The position numbers and the translations under genes were made by a program. The notes beneath the pieces were generated by a model that saw only the letters and a program-made list of their open reading frames with translations, was not told the DNA's origin and searched no databases. Shown piece by piece: positions 51,714 to 64,000 of a stretch of DNA of 64,000 nucleotides (position 1 is its first letter; each line of letters begins with the position of its first letter). This DNA is from Lingula anatina (lineage: Eukaryota; Animalia; Brachiopoda). The stretch is taken from positions 14,360,651 to 14,424,650 of the forward strand of contig CM120647.1 in assembly GCA_051362555.1 (NCBI GenBank), in the 5' to 3' direction.

Positions 51714-52321
51714 GATGGGATTGCCCCCATGCGTATCTGATGACAAAAATCACGAGTGGTCTCTACCCCAGTATGATCTGCTCATTACTCCCTAAATCAT
51801 TGGCCTGTTACAATGGGTCACTGGTAGTATTCTCTCAAAAAACCTTATACAATACAAAATACTATTCTCTAAACAAAACAAACAATGACAAATAATGATA
51901 ATAATATCATTAAAACTATAATAAAAAATAACAACAATTATTATTTAAATGCACTTGTATTACTTATTTGCCGCATGGGTCGGCAACACTCGCCTAGCAA
52001 AAAAAAAGGACAATTATACGTCTCCTTCTAATTTGACCAACTTATCAACTGGCCTAACGTATTTACCACTACGTGTACGTACGGTGGCATACCTCACTAG
52101 ACCGTCGCGACTGATTTTTGTCTATCCCACGATAGCTAAGAGCCAATAACCACGCGGCATATCTTGATCGACCAAAAGAACTAGGTTCTCTATAAACAAA
52201 AAAAAAAAAACAAACAATGACAAATACTGATAATAATATCATTACAACTATAAAAAAATAAAAACAACAATTATTATTTAAATGAACTTGTATTACTTAT
52301 TTGCCGCATGGGTCGGCAACA
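51304..52321. mobile_element. Solo LTR (TG...CA, 5-bp TSD; BEL/Pao- or Gypsy-like) with an internally duplicated terminus
   Basis: GTATG|TGTTG...CAACA|GTATG; empty site caactaacgtatggtcgcctctcc at ~28651; ~125-bp terminal block repeated at ~51866-51988 and ~52187-52321. Confidence 0.78.
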
Positions 52322-52743
52322 GTATGGTCGCCTCTCCTTGGCACCCCACATAGATTAAATGTTGCATCATACACAGTGAAGACCTATGAATGTTCTTATT
52401 TTGTTCTATACGGATAATGTACATCGATGAAATGACGCTATGCAGCTGTGATTTGAAAACAAACAGCGGAAATCAACAAAGTATGGTTATGAATAAGTGG
52501 TTCCTGTTCATGACTTGTGTCTACGAGTGGTTTTGTGGGGTATAGAAGGCATGCACATTTGACACCCCATCCATTCAGCTTGAATATCAAAGCAACTTGA
52601 GAGTTTACAAAGTACAAGCTGGACAATTAACTACAATTACATTAAATCACAACACATATCTGTTAATTAGTGTACAAAAGTCCAAAAGAGAACAGAGACG
52701 CCTTTAAAATTGTAATATCTCTAAACTGTTGAAGTTATTGAAC

Positions 52744-52776
<33 letters not shown>

Positions 52777-52778
<2 letters not shown>

Positions 52779-53067
52779 TTACCTCCGCCAAGGAGGTCAT
52801 GTTTCCCCCTGTTTGTTTGTTTGTCTGTTTGTCTGTCTGTCTACCTGTCATCAACATAACCCAAAAAGTTATAGACCGATTTTGATGAAATTTTCAGGAA
52901 CTGTCAGAAGTGGCCCAAGGAACAGATGATTAGTTTTTGGTGGTGATCCGCATCAATAATCAATCAATAATCAATAATCACAAATATCGAAAATTTAGGG
53001 GTCAAACGGCATTGGATGGAGACTTTGCTGCCTTGGCGGAGGTCTGCGCTCTCTTAGTGCTTTTCTA

Positions 53068-53068
<1 letters not shown>
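52777..53068 (+). mobile_element. Non-autonomous Helentron/HINE (DINE-1-like) element; decayed relatives near 28410, 44235, 51000, 54590
   Basis: ttacctccgccaaggagg 5' hairpin/subTIR, (GTTT/GTCT)n tract, gaccgattttgatgaaattt core, 3' ccttggcggagg...gtgcttttctag; inserted in T-rich sequence. Confidence 0.8.
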
Positions 53069-53103
<35 letters not shown>

Positions 53104-54429
53104 TTACTTATGGGATAATTTAAGTCCTATAAGATTTTGTTGGTGATCAATTAGAATAGAGCAGCTTTGACGGAAGCCACAGCTCTCCATGTGCTTTCCT
53201 GCACGTATTTACATGTAGTTATTAGACTGCCATTAGAAGAGACAGATAAACACACTGCATAAAGTGTATAAGGATGATGTTTTCTTTCAAATGTTTCACA
53301 TATCGATTTTCCCTGTTGTTATTGTCGAAAGGGCTTATAATGTTCGAAGTTTTCTTTATAAAAGAATGCTCTTATTTTGTCTGATACTGAAAAAATTCGA
53401 TCATCAATGAAAAAACACCATCTGCAAAGCGGTGTCACCGAATGTGATTACTTTGGTGAAAAGTAAAATCTTGTCCAACGGGAGATTAAATGTTGCATCA
53501 TACAGGATGAAGACCTGTAAATGTTCGTATTTTCTTCTATACGGATAATATTCATCGATGAAATGACGCCATGCAGCTGTGATTTGGTAACAAACAGCGG
53601 AAATCAACAAATTGTGCTAATGAAACAATGGTTATGAAACAACGGTTCCTGTCTACCAGTGGTTTTTGTAGGGTATAAAAGGCATGCAAATTTGACAAAA
53701 CCATACACCCAGTTCTTTTAGCTTGGATATCAAAGCAACCTGAGAGTTTACAAAGTACGTCTTAAATCACAACACATCGCAGTGAATTACTGAAAAAAAG
53801 TCCAATGGAGAATTTGTCAAGCAACACTGAGATATCTTTCAAATTGCAATATCTTCAAAACTGTTGAAGATATTGAACTTTGAAATTAGATTATTTTTCA
53901 CTGAGCCAGCCGATATCACAAACGGGCTAATTAATTTCTATAAGATTTTGGTGGGGATCAATGATAATACAGCAGCTCTGACAGATGTCAGAGCTTTCCA
54001 TTTGATTTTCTCGTCTTCATTTTTGTCGAAAACCATATATAAATCATATCCACGTATTTGATTAACCAAGGAGTTATACAACTACCAGTACGTGGTTTGA
54101 CCGTCAAGAAAACAGGTTCTTGTTACCCCAAAGACGTTTACGGATGCAGCAAAAAATCGACAAACTTAAATGTATACTGTAAGCCACCTTAAAAAAATGG
54201 TCAGATAATAATTGCATAATTTCCTTTTTTTGCTAATTATTGCCGTATTATGCATATTTCGACTTTAACTGTATCCCCTCGACAAATACCGGCTTATTCT
54301 CGGACAGTTTATTTTTAAACCATGCCACTCGAATAGACAGTGGCATAGACAACGGTAACAGCACTAGCCCCTTTGGTGTAAGGGATTGGTATTAACTAGA
54401 AGTTTTGTAGCATCGGAGACACCTTATTA

Positions 54430-54469
<40 letters not shown>

Positions 54470-55044
54470 TGGTTTGTTACGAAGGATTTTTACAAAACAG
54501 ATGTGAAAGTATGAACGAATATTGACAAAACTTTAACAGTTTCAATATATATATATCAAAAATGGGCTAGTTTAAATTTTATTGGATTTTGGTGATGATC
54601 AAAGAATTCACAAAATAATCAATTATGAGAAAAGAACTTCCGTAGTGGAGATGTGTGGGTGCTTTTCTAGTTTAAAATGTAAAGGACTAGTTGAGCAACA
54701 CAGAGATCCATAGAGAAAATGAATATTACATAAATTCACAAGGAAAAAAGGCACACTGTACATGTGTGCATTTAAATATGTACAGCTCACATACGGTGGC
54801 AACTGCTTGGCGCGCCACAAGGCGATTAAGAATATCAAAAAGCACACTCGGTTGACTATTTGAAGATATTTTCAGGACCTTTTTGTTGGTTGGGGGGGTG
54901 TGGATGTTAAATTTGCCCTCAAGAAACTACCTTTATCATCTTGAGCGCAGTTCACAATTTATGAAAATATTTGCTGCAATTTGAGAAAGGAAAGCGGTGT
55001 CACTGCTTGTGATGACTTTGGTGAAAAGTAAAACCTTGTCCAAC

Positions 55045-55381
55045 GGGAGATTAAAGGTTGCATCATACACAATGAAGACCTATAAATGTTCTTATTTTGT
55101 TCTATACGGATTATATCCATCGATGAAATGACGCCATGCAGCTGTGCTTTGAAAACAAAGAGCGGAAATCAACAAACTGTGATTATGAAACAGTTGTTAT
55201 AAAACAGTGGCTCCTGTCTGCAAGTGGTGTTTGTAGAGTATAAAAGGCATGCACATTTGGCAAATCCATACACCCTTTGCATTCAGCTTGCCTATCCAAG
55301 CGACCTGAGAGTTTACAAAGTACAAACTACAAATACATTAAATCTTAACAATTTTCCGTGAATTGGTGGGGAAAAAGTCCA
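55045..55381 (+). promoter_or_regulatory. Putative promoter module of GPCR paralogue 3 (TATAAAA at 55239)
   Basis: Homologous to the other gene-proximal modules; TATA 143 bp before ATG because of a 10-bp deletion. Confidence 0.5.
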
Positions 55382-56551
55382 ATGGAGAAACTGTCGAGCA
55401 CCGCCGAGACATATTTCAACATGTCAGAGAAGCCCGCGCATAATCTGTCAACCATTGGGACGTGGTTTTGCACTGAAACAGCCTGCGTTCCTTTTGTTAC
55501 AATCGCTTTAATCATCGGGATGGTTGGAATGTTTGCAAACGGCCTCATTATCGTGTCGTTTTACAAGTTCGATGATATCCGATGTCAGGCCCACTATGCC
55601 ATCGTAAGCTTCGCCTGTCTTGATTTCCTCACTGGGTTGGTCGGCATCCCGCTCCACGAAATATCGGCGAACTTGGTGAATGTGATCCCTGAAATAAGCC
55701 ATGTAACATTGAGCAAGCACTTTTGTTTGGTCAAAACATTTTTTGCGGGCTTGATGGTTTATCTTAAATTCCTTCACCAACTTTTCATCGCTACTGAAAG
55801 ATACCTAAAGATATGTCACCATTTCAAGTGCGTCACGCTAATAACTAACAAGAGACTTGCCATTGCATTGGTCTGCGTGTGGCTTTACGGGATAGCTGTG
55901 ACCGTCATCCCGTTACTCGCCTGGCACACCTGGCAGCCGGGATATACAGGAAGCGGTTTCGTCAGTAATAACAACATTGTTTCTTACATTACCCTCCCGC
56001 ATATCATGATTTCCGTTGTAGCCGCATGTGGCCAGTATATAGGAATATATCGCCACGTCAAACAACAAGCAAAAGCAATGAACGAATTCAAGAAGAAAAC
56101 CGTTAAACCAACGCAACTGGGGGCCACCACTGTTCCGCAGAAAACTCACGCAGACCAGGTTTGTCAAAATGAGCTCAGGATGAGAAATGAAGAGAGTAAA
56201 ACAGGCTCAACACAGAAGTCCATGGCCAACACTCCCAAGAAACCACGGTATGTAAAGCCACCTCAACTTACCCAGCAAAAATGTTTTGAGATTGCGCTGA
56301 ATAAAAGGGAGATCCAAGTGGCAAAATCTACAGCAATCGCTGCAGGTTTTATCGTTTTCTTGTCCATCCCTATCTTTTTAATTAATTTCGCATTGAGCAA
56401 GTTCAAGGATGATCCGGTGTTGGTTGGTATCTTCTACAATCTCTCAACAATGATTATAGGCATAAGTTCGTTCACCTGTCCTATCATATATGCCACATTT
56501 AACATAAAAATGAGAAGAGCTTTTTTGAAGTTGCTTAAATGCAGTAGTTAA
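55382..56551 (+). CDS. Intronless class A GPCR, tandem paralogue 3 (389 aa from MEKLSS)
   Basis: Intact 7TM ORF; ERY, CPIIY; 14-aa in-frame deletion in ICL3 relative to paralogues 1 and 2. Confidence 0.92.
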   Translation: MEKLSSTAETYFNMSEKPAHNLSTIGTWFCTETACVPFVTIALIIGMVGMFANGLIIVSFYKFDDIRCQAHYAIVSFACLDFLTGLVGIPLHEISANLVNVIPEISHVTLSKHFCLVKTFFAGLMVYLKFLHQLFIATERYLKICHHFKCVTLITNKRLAIALVCVWLYGIAVTVIPLLAWHTWQPGYTGSGFVSNNNIVSYITLPHIMISVVAACGQYIGIYRHVKQQAKAMNEFKKKTVKPTQLGATTVPQKTHADQVCQNELRMRNEESKTGSTQKSMANTPKKPRYVKPPQLTQQKCFEIALNKREIQVAKSTAIAAGFIVFLSIPIFLINFALSKFKDDPVLVGIFYNLSTMIIGISSFTCPIIYATFNIKMRRAFLKLLKCSS

Positions 56552-56617
56552 AAATTAAGTTCGAATTAATTTGGTAGGTGTTAGAGAAACTTATTTTATT
56601 GACAAGGTATTGTTTAA

Positions 56618-56950
56618 AGGGATAATAACTCTTCGTTTCGGCCAAAAAATTAACTTTCCTGGAGTAAACAACAATTTTCCCATTCTTACCAATGGTTAAT
56701 GAATCCATATTTACATTCAAAGTAAGTTTTTTTTTTCTAGAAAGTTTGTTTTTTTGTTAAAATCTCTTAAGAGATTTTAACAGAGTATAGCCATCAATGG
56801 AGGTCATGTGGTCTAAAGACAAGCTCAGATATCAGAATAATAGCTTTAACTGCCGTTTTTGTGGTAAAACAGAATATATTATATTTCTATGAGTTATTCA
56901 CAATGTTTTTATTGTGAAATATAGATCTCATACGAAGAGTTATTATCCAT
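56618..56950. mobile_element. 333-bp TTAA-inserted MITE (Kolobok-like) in the 3' flank of paralogue 3
   Basis: TTAA|AGGGATAATAACTCTTCGT...ACGAAGAGTTATTATCCAT|TTAA; absent from the paralogue 1 flank (~34865). Confidence 0.82.
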
Positions 56951-59900
56951 TTAAGTGTTTAAATTGCACCGGAAGAGTCCCTTCAAAAGGTACGTAATGT
57001 CAAAATATTGCAATTCAAAATCGCACTTAATTGTCCGGGTACACATATTTCATATTTTATTTTCTGTAATTACGTTTTAGAGATTTGAATGATTTCTATA
57101 TAATTTCCGGTGAATGATTCCCTTTTGTATCAAACGCAAACTTACAGGTATATCCACCATCGCAGTTGTTTATCGGACGAGATTTCGACAAACAAGTGTA
57201 TAAGCTGTGTATGATAGCTATATTTCAAATTAACAGAGGGTTTGTTCCTTTGGATCCTTTTTATCTAAACAGATGGGCGGTGGACGATTGCCTGTTATAT
57301 TGCCTACAAACGCTTATGTAGTTTTATTTAGGAGTAAAGCAGCACGTAAAATATTAGATAACAATTGTTACAGGTAAAAATATAAAGAAGGTAAAATCTT
57401 CTCTATATGTATAGTTACGAGATTTGAAGACCGCTTCTTATGGAAAAATAGTCCTGGGTATTTAAGAAGACGCTATTCTTCCAATTGGTATAATTCTACC
57501 TCCATACCGTTATTACCTCCTCTCTTAATTATGCTCCTTCTTCAATTGCTGTAGAGGAGCGCAAAGACTGTAGGTAGAGATAAAGTTGTTCCACAACATT
57601 AAATTGCCCCAGAGAAGGATAGTGTGTTTAGTGTTAGGTGGTGCGTTATGCACGACAGCATTTTTTTCTGCAGTTCTGGGGTTGCTACGCCAGATTCCTC
57701 TATGGCATTAATTTTTGTAAAAATGAAACAGAAGATGAATTTCATTGAAATGGTGTGATTTCTATTGTAATGTAGTTAATTCCCTGGTATTCCACTATTT
57801 TGAAGTAACAGTTGGTGTGAATCATTTCCAATGTGCTGTCAGCATTGCATAGAATTGTATTGGACATGCGTATCGCACTATAATAATGTAACGTAACTTG
57901 AAAAGAAAATTGAAGGTTTGTTATTTGACTTTTTCTCTGCTGCTATGACTGTGAAGGAGTGATCCTCTTATATCAAGGTAGATTTGAGCTTGGCTTTAAC
58001 CCGCTTAAGAGAATACAAACTTTATCAAACATACTGTGATTATATCACACTTTTAATACGAACCTTAATGGCTTTAATGTAATACATGGGTCATTTACAT
58101 ATTTGCAGGATGTGCATAATCCATCTAATATGAACCAAATCCAGCATCTTAAGATGGTAATTATGTTATAGAACCAGAAGCATTTCAGCGCTCTCGGATT
58201 TACCCAACTTGAGCCAGCAAGTAAACGCAAGAATTCAGTTGAAAAAGATGGTTTCTGAGATAAATAAGAGACTATCGTTTTTATTGCGTATTGCTGGTAA
58301 GTTAACTTATACCAAACTGTCTTCCACGCAACACGCTGTCAGTGGGTGCTCAGAATATTTTGGCTGTGTTTACCTTGCTGCGCGATATATGGATGACTAC
58401 TCGTCAAATGCTGAAAGTGACATGTAAATCGATAATTGACGCAAAGCCTCGTCATTTTTTCCACGATTTGATTAACCATAGACTTAATTCGTAAACAAGA
58501 TTACACATATTCACGCCTATGACTAGTTTACAGTTGTTTATGGTTTTTATTAAACAAAAAAGAAAGAAAAAGGAAGATCATGCAAAATCAATGTTCACAG
58601 CGGTCGGCGACACACTTGATTACAGTCTATAAGATTGAAACAAGCTTGTTTTATTCAAAGTCCTTGTTTACATTTTTTCCAAAATTGGTAACTTTTGACA
58701 GATAAATAAAATGTTTTTATCAGACACTAAACTTCGTACTTCACTGTTAGGGCAAGTGTTCATCGCGTTGTCCAACACAACTTTAGTTCCCTTTAACGTA
58801 GCAATATGTTAGATTGACGGGCTGCTTATTGCATTAGTCGATACTTGAGAAGAACAGTATAGCCCGTAAATAAGGGGATTATCGGAAAGATAGCACCTCG
58901 TTCTTTTAATGCTCTTCTTTGTCTAGATAGATTCCTGGGCACTTAATTGGTGCCAAAACGTTTGGACGGCGCCATATAAAACTGGAAATTAGGAAATAGA
59001 AATAGGAGAAAACGACATGGAAACATACAGTATACCAGAGGTGGTCAGTAATCATCCACGTATTTTATGATTCTGAGAAAACATTTCGAAGTGGCGCTAG
59101 AATTTCTTGTAGAGGGTTGCACAGGATACTGTAGGTTCTAAAGGCACTGAGGATGCAGTACACTTTCTTATTATTTTAGCTGTCTCGATATCATTTTCAC
59201 AAAATGCACTATGAAATATGAATAAACAAAAAGGTGTGGTAATTATAAAAAAAATTTAATATAATTAGGATAGAACTGAACGAAGTTCAAGGAAATTTCC
59301 CGTGGTGAAGGCTTGAAATTATAAATTACGTTATGTACATTTGATATCAGGGAAAGAGACAGTGTGAGAGAGTGCGTGTGTGTGTGTGTGTGTGTACGCA
59401 ATGACATGAGCATTTTTTTAACTACGTGTATAGACGTGTTTGTAATGCTGTGTGTGTGTGTGTGTGTGTGAGTGTGTGACTATGTGCGTGGGCGTGATTG
59501 TGTCCGTGTGTTCTAATGTGCGCTTCCAGGCCATGTGGTGGTGAGGAGGATCTTGATACCTGTAATTGGTTTAAATATCTGGCCACTTCAAAAGATAAAT
59601 GTTGTTCAGTATGCTGTCTGTAAGTGATGTTGGGTCCCGTGTTTATTATCCAATATCATCAAAGAACAGTCCTTGGCGTGCTTCTTAATGTAGCTCATGT
59701 TGCCGGCTTCCTCGGGTCACGCTGTTGGCATGTTCAAGTGTTTCTTAACATAAGCTTCCGTAGCTAAAAGACGTTGTATTGGTTTAGGAATAAATTCACG
59801 CCATAGTGCCTTGCTTTATGTTCTCCGTTCTTGACACCTGGGCCTTTAAAGCGAAAAAAATAACAATAATAATTGTACATTTTGTTAACAAGACCAAATA

Positions 59901-60078
59901 TCAGCATCATTTAGTTCTCTTCATACTTTTATTATGTTCAACTGCTCCAGAAGCCTATTTCGCGATGTCTGTAACATACTTGTATTCCATTTTGATGAAC
60001 ATTAAGTTTATAAATATTATAAACTTTTTTAACAAGGATCTTAATCTTTTGATTCCAGTGACATATGGGAAATCCGTG

Positions 60079-60080
<2 letters not shown>

Positions 60081-60128
<48 letters not shown>

Positions 60129-60156
60129 GAGAGTGGTGGTGGTGGTGGTGGTGGTG
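60081..60156. repeat. Poly-T run plus (GGT)n
   Basis: Direct reading. Confidence 0.9.
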
Positions 60157-61340
60157 ATCCATTTATAAATTCATCACTTAATGATGAGAATTATGCTGTC
60201 TTGGCAAGAATCTGCACTCTTTGAGTGTTTTTTTTCCTGGTTACTGATGAATGCATTGGCTTGACAGTAAACATGTAGGAAATATATCGTGCTTTGGTCT
60301 GCGTACGGAGGAACACATAATAAAAAAATTTATTCTTAGCACTTGACCTGTCAAGCCAGTGGTCACATCCCAAGCCTCCTTGTCTTCACAGCGTGCTAGC
60401 TGCCACAATGACGCATCAGCATCGTCATCCTATCCTTCAAGACGGTGACGTTGTAATTGTCAGCCTTTGGCGAAAATAAAGCGCCATTCATCTGCTGAGT
60501 CAGTTATTCTATTACAATTCTGATTTGCGTTGTCTGGAAGATGTTTGCTTTTATAAAAGAGTTTACGTGATCTGTGGTATCAGATTGGTGTTACATGTAG
60601 ATGTGCGACATGTTAAAGTAGTGGGTTGTGGTAATTTGATAAACACACAGTGACGTATATAGGGTACGTCAGGTAGGGTGCGGATGCTGCACGCTATTTG
60701 AACGGGTGGCATTTGATGGTTGATGTACTTAATATTGCATTTCCAATGTTCACACAGATGGGACTATGCCAGTGCTTGCCATTCGCGCTTGTTTCCGAAG
60801 GTACTCCATCAGATGAACTGCTCTGTTCTCTATCAGCTCAGTAAGATTAATATTCTCAAAAGATCTCTGTTTTCTTCTGTGGATTGTCCCCAAACGTCAG
60901 CATTCCAGGAGATTATATTTCTGTTTTATTGGCCTCTTACAGTGAGCTATATCACCTGTTAAATCTATGGCTGACAAACTGCCATAATTTAATTTCGAAG
61001 AATAGCTTATTTTCATTTTGTTTGCTCCCACAAATGTAAAATTTGAGACATGGTGAGAATAAAACAGAAATGATGATGGCGAAGGGGACCACGTTTTATT
61101 TGTTTCTTCCATTATCTATAAATTATAATTCATTTAAATGTGGTCCATTTATCATTTGGCCTAGGTTGACGCCAAAGGTTTTGGGAAATCCTGTTATCTA
61201 TCCAGTTTTTCCTTTGGGCATCTATGTTTATTTAACCAAATTTACTACAGCAATATCAATAACTGTTTTATCCAAATCATCCTGTCAGTGGGGAAAATGA
61301 TCAAATGATTAGATTGCATGTTCAGATTGACGTCCAAATA

Positions 61341-63002
61341 CAGACTTGACATTTAATATGGAATATTTCAGTTTCGAAGGTATACCTAGGTAAAAATACG
61401 TTCTTTTTTCAAAAAACTCCGATCTCATATAAGATTTGTGAATGTAAAAGTGTGCAGTCAGGTGTGTCACTACCAATTAACTGACTTTCTTGCCTGTTGC
61501 GCTGCTACATTATGTAATTTGCAGTGATTTAATTGGGTAGTGTTCCTTTGGGCTGATCAAAGCTTGGCTTAGGCAAAGCTTGGTTCTGTCAAAAAAGTTT
61601 CCATATTTCGGCAACTACTGCATAGAAGAATTTGAAATTTTGCATGTAGGCGGTCAGTTTTGCAGTGTGTAAGATGAGTCGAGTAGTGCATTACAAATTT
61701 GTCAATCTAAGGCAGAATGGCGCGAAAAAGACAGACATAACCAGACAGATCATAGCGCCAAACGGAACGGTCCCCACAGTTTTATAGAATAATGCCCAGA
61801 CTGATGTACCTACACAGAGGTCACCCCCAATGTATCAAAATTTTACCTACAGGGTACAAGACCCACTGTCTTTCGGGATACGCTGCTGCAACTAAACAAA
61901 AAACACTTAGTCCGTTCAGAACGAGGGGTAAATTGGCACTAAAATGCGTTTTTCGAAGCCCTTAGCGAACACCAAACTGGTTTTCGCAAGTAAAAACTCC
62001 AAATGACCTCCGAGGTACCCACTGTATACAGCAAAACATCGTCGTCTGTTTCTCTAATGAATTGGGGGCCACGAACGATTCTGGGTAGAACACTGAAACT
62101 GCGTGGCTTTCTTTATTGAGGTCAGATTTCACCTGTACCGCCCAATTAGTCAAAACAGAGTTTACAGATATCCAGAAGAGGCCTACGACGAAGCATATGC
62201 TAGGTCTAAAGTGACAAGGGTGATTGACAGCGTCAGTATTTGGAGTAGATTCCACATTGGTGCCAAAACACCAATGGTAGTCATCGACGAAAACCTGAAC
62301 CAGATCAAATACAGGAATAATCTCGGAACCACTTGACTATCATTTGATAGGGAGCACCTTAGCAACAATTCTAGGTTGCACGATGAGGTTGCAGGTTCAC
62401 ACAGAGCACTTTTAATAGCAGATAACTTACAGAACCAAGGGAATGAGCAGCTACCCTGGTCATCAAAATCGCCACATTTGAACCACATAGACAATATTTC
62501 GTTAGACCATTATTTGCCAATCAACTGCCTACATGTCCTACAACAAAACTGGACCAGATTGGACAATTTTAGACCGATGCCTGGAATGCTATTCCAGATT
62601 GAACTCTAAAAACCTACCCCCAAGAAATGCCTTGCCGCTTGAGAGCGCTGGCAACAGCCACGAAGAGGCCAGGCGTAACAACGACCATTACTGTGACTAG
62701 CAACTGACACGAGGGTCTTTTGTGGAGCGTATTACCCTTTTACAGGCGATAATTTGGAAAATATGGAGATCCAAAATATCTCTTTTAATGGGAGTCGTAT
62801 GACATAGAATAGGCAATGTGTTTTTGTTTGCTTCTCTGGCAAATTCCATTAATAAACTGATGTCACAATGACATCAAAGAGATAATTTAAAGTTATTAAA
62901 ACACGATTATAATCCTTATTTTCATTTATCAGTCAGCAAAATAGGAAAAAACTGATAAAAAATCATTTCGAAAAAAATATTCCATATTAAATGTCAAGTC
63001 TG
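61341..63002 (+). mobile_element. Tc1/mariner element copy 2 (1662 bp), inverted relative to copy 1
   Basis: TA TSDs (61339-61340, 63003-63004); same 28-bp TIRs; near-identical reverse complement of 30665-32326 with the same degenerate transposase. Confidence 0.9.
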
Positions 63003-63007
63003 TAGTA

Positions 63008-63310
63008 TGTATTCTGACTTCCTCTTGTCATCATTGAATTTATGTTTTGATGGACGTCAAAGGATTGTGTATTCTGACTTTCTCTGGTCATCACTAAATC
63101 TATGCTTTGTTAGACGTCAGAAGATTGCGCACTCTGACCCTCTCTTAATTATCATCACCAATTCTGTGCTTTGATACACGTCAAAAGATTGCGTATTCTG
63201 ACTTTTTCTTATCATCAACAAATCTAAGTATTGATAGACGCCTTAACATTGTGTATTCTGACTTTCTCTTAATTATCATCACGTAATCTATGTATTGATA
63301 GACGTCTAAT
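63008..63310. repeat. ~57-60-bp minisatellite, about 5 degenerate units
   Basis: Recurrent tg(t/c)(g)tattctgactt.ctct...atcatca...aatctatg..ttgatagacgtc..aagat. Confidence 0.8.
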
Positions 63311-64000
63311 CTGACATAATTCCCTGATCAAACTCAACAGAGCGCTGGGTTAATGCAGGACCCGCTTTAATGCGATAAGTAATTAGCGTTTGCTAATCCA
63401 GTCATCACTTATTTGCTGGATAATCACGTCGATTGGCGTCAGGGCATTCCAAACATCATCATGGCGTAACATAATGGTTCGAAATGACGGAAATAATTTT
63501 GTTTTTCATTCATTACCGTCCGGTGTTGTTTGGAGATTCTTAGGATTCATTCTCAATAAATCTCTCGGTCTGACGTAGATCTATCCAACTCCGTGGAGAC
63601 TCTTGCTGAATGCATTTAGATAAACAAATTAACACGACTCCTCCTGGCATTGAGAAGAATGCAGAAAAGCAGATGGTTATTCCAGTACGTTGAAAACAAG
63701 TTAAACTAACTGCATTTAGCAAGAAACATAGCGGAGCTGAATTGATCTACGTTGGGCGATAGTTTCAATGGGAATATGAGTTAATTCTTATTTTTATCAT
63801 CTTCACAAAAAAAAAGTGATAAAGTACGTCGACCGTGGCTGAAGATGTAAATTAAATTCCCACCAATCTTGGGGCAAATATTACACCGCGAGCTGCTCTC
63901 AATTCTCACTTCTAAAGAAACACGGAGCATTCATTCTTGGCTCAGAGGTTTCAATATCATTTCTGCGAAATTCCGCGAAAGAGGATTCAATGTCCAACCC

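Noticed and set aside
59806-60168. ORFs with poly-Phe/Val or poly-His/Lys
   Set aside because: Artefacts of the poly-T and (GGT)n tracts.
59520-60960. Moderately GC-richer patches with possible splice sites
   Set aside because: No sustained open frame or recognisable protein motif.

Overview
AT-rich, microsatellite- and transposon-rich invertebrate (metazoan) genomic DNA. Host genes: (i) a small cluster of intronless rhodopsin-class (class A) GPCRs, made up of three close tandem paralogues on + (33601-34806, 46978-48207, 55382-56551; ~8.4-8.5 kb duplication unit once TEs are removed), a more distant family member on - broken by one in-frame TAG (8892-10133), and a divergent receptor on - (17404-18570); (ii) a 4-exon single-domain TIMP/NTR-type gene missed by the ORF track (13424-16738), also with one in-frame TAG; (iii) a probable MS4A/CD20-like exon at the left edge. 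Mobile DNA: an intact piggyBac (TTAA TSD, 640-aa transposase), an internally deleted Ginger1 (integrase C-terminus, GPY/F, OTU), two inverted 1662-bp Tc1 copies bracketing the three-receptor array (one nested in a Harbinger-type element), a decayed L1/Tx1 LINE, a solo LTR, a Helentron/HINE-like element and several MITEs, many confirmed by empty sites in paralogous units. The most unusual structures are eight copies of the receptor promoter+start-codon module (TATA intact before all three genes, mostly decayed in the orphan copies), mosaic receptor paralogues with variable ligand-facing regions and altered NPxxY/ECL2 motifs, and two neighbouring otherwise intact genes each interrupted by a single TAG. 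All calls come from reading the sequence by eye; no database searches were run.
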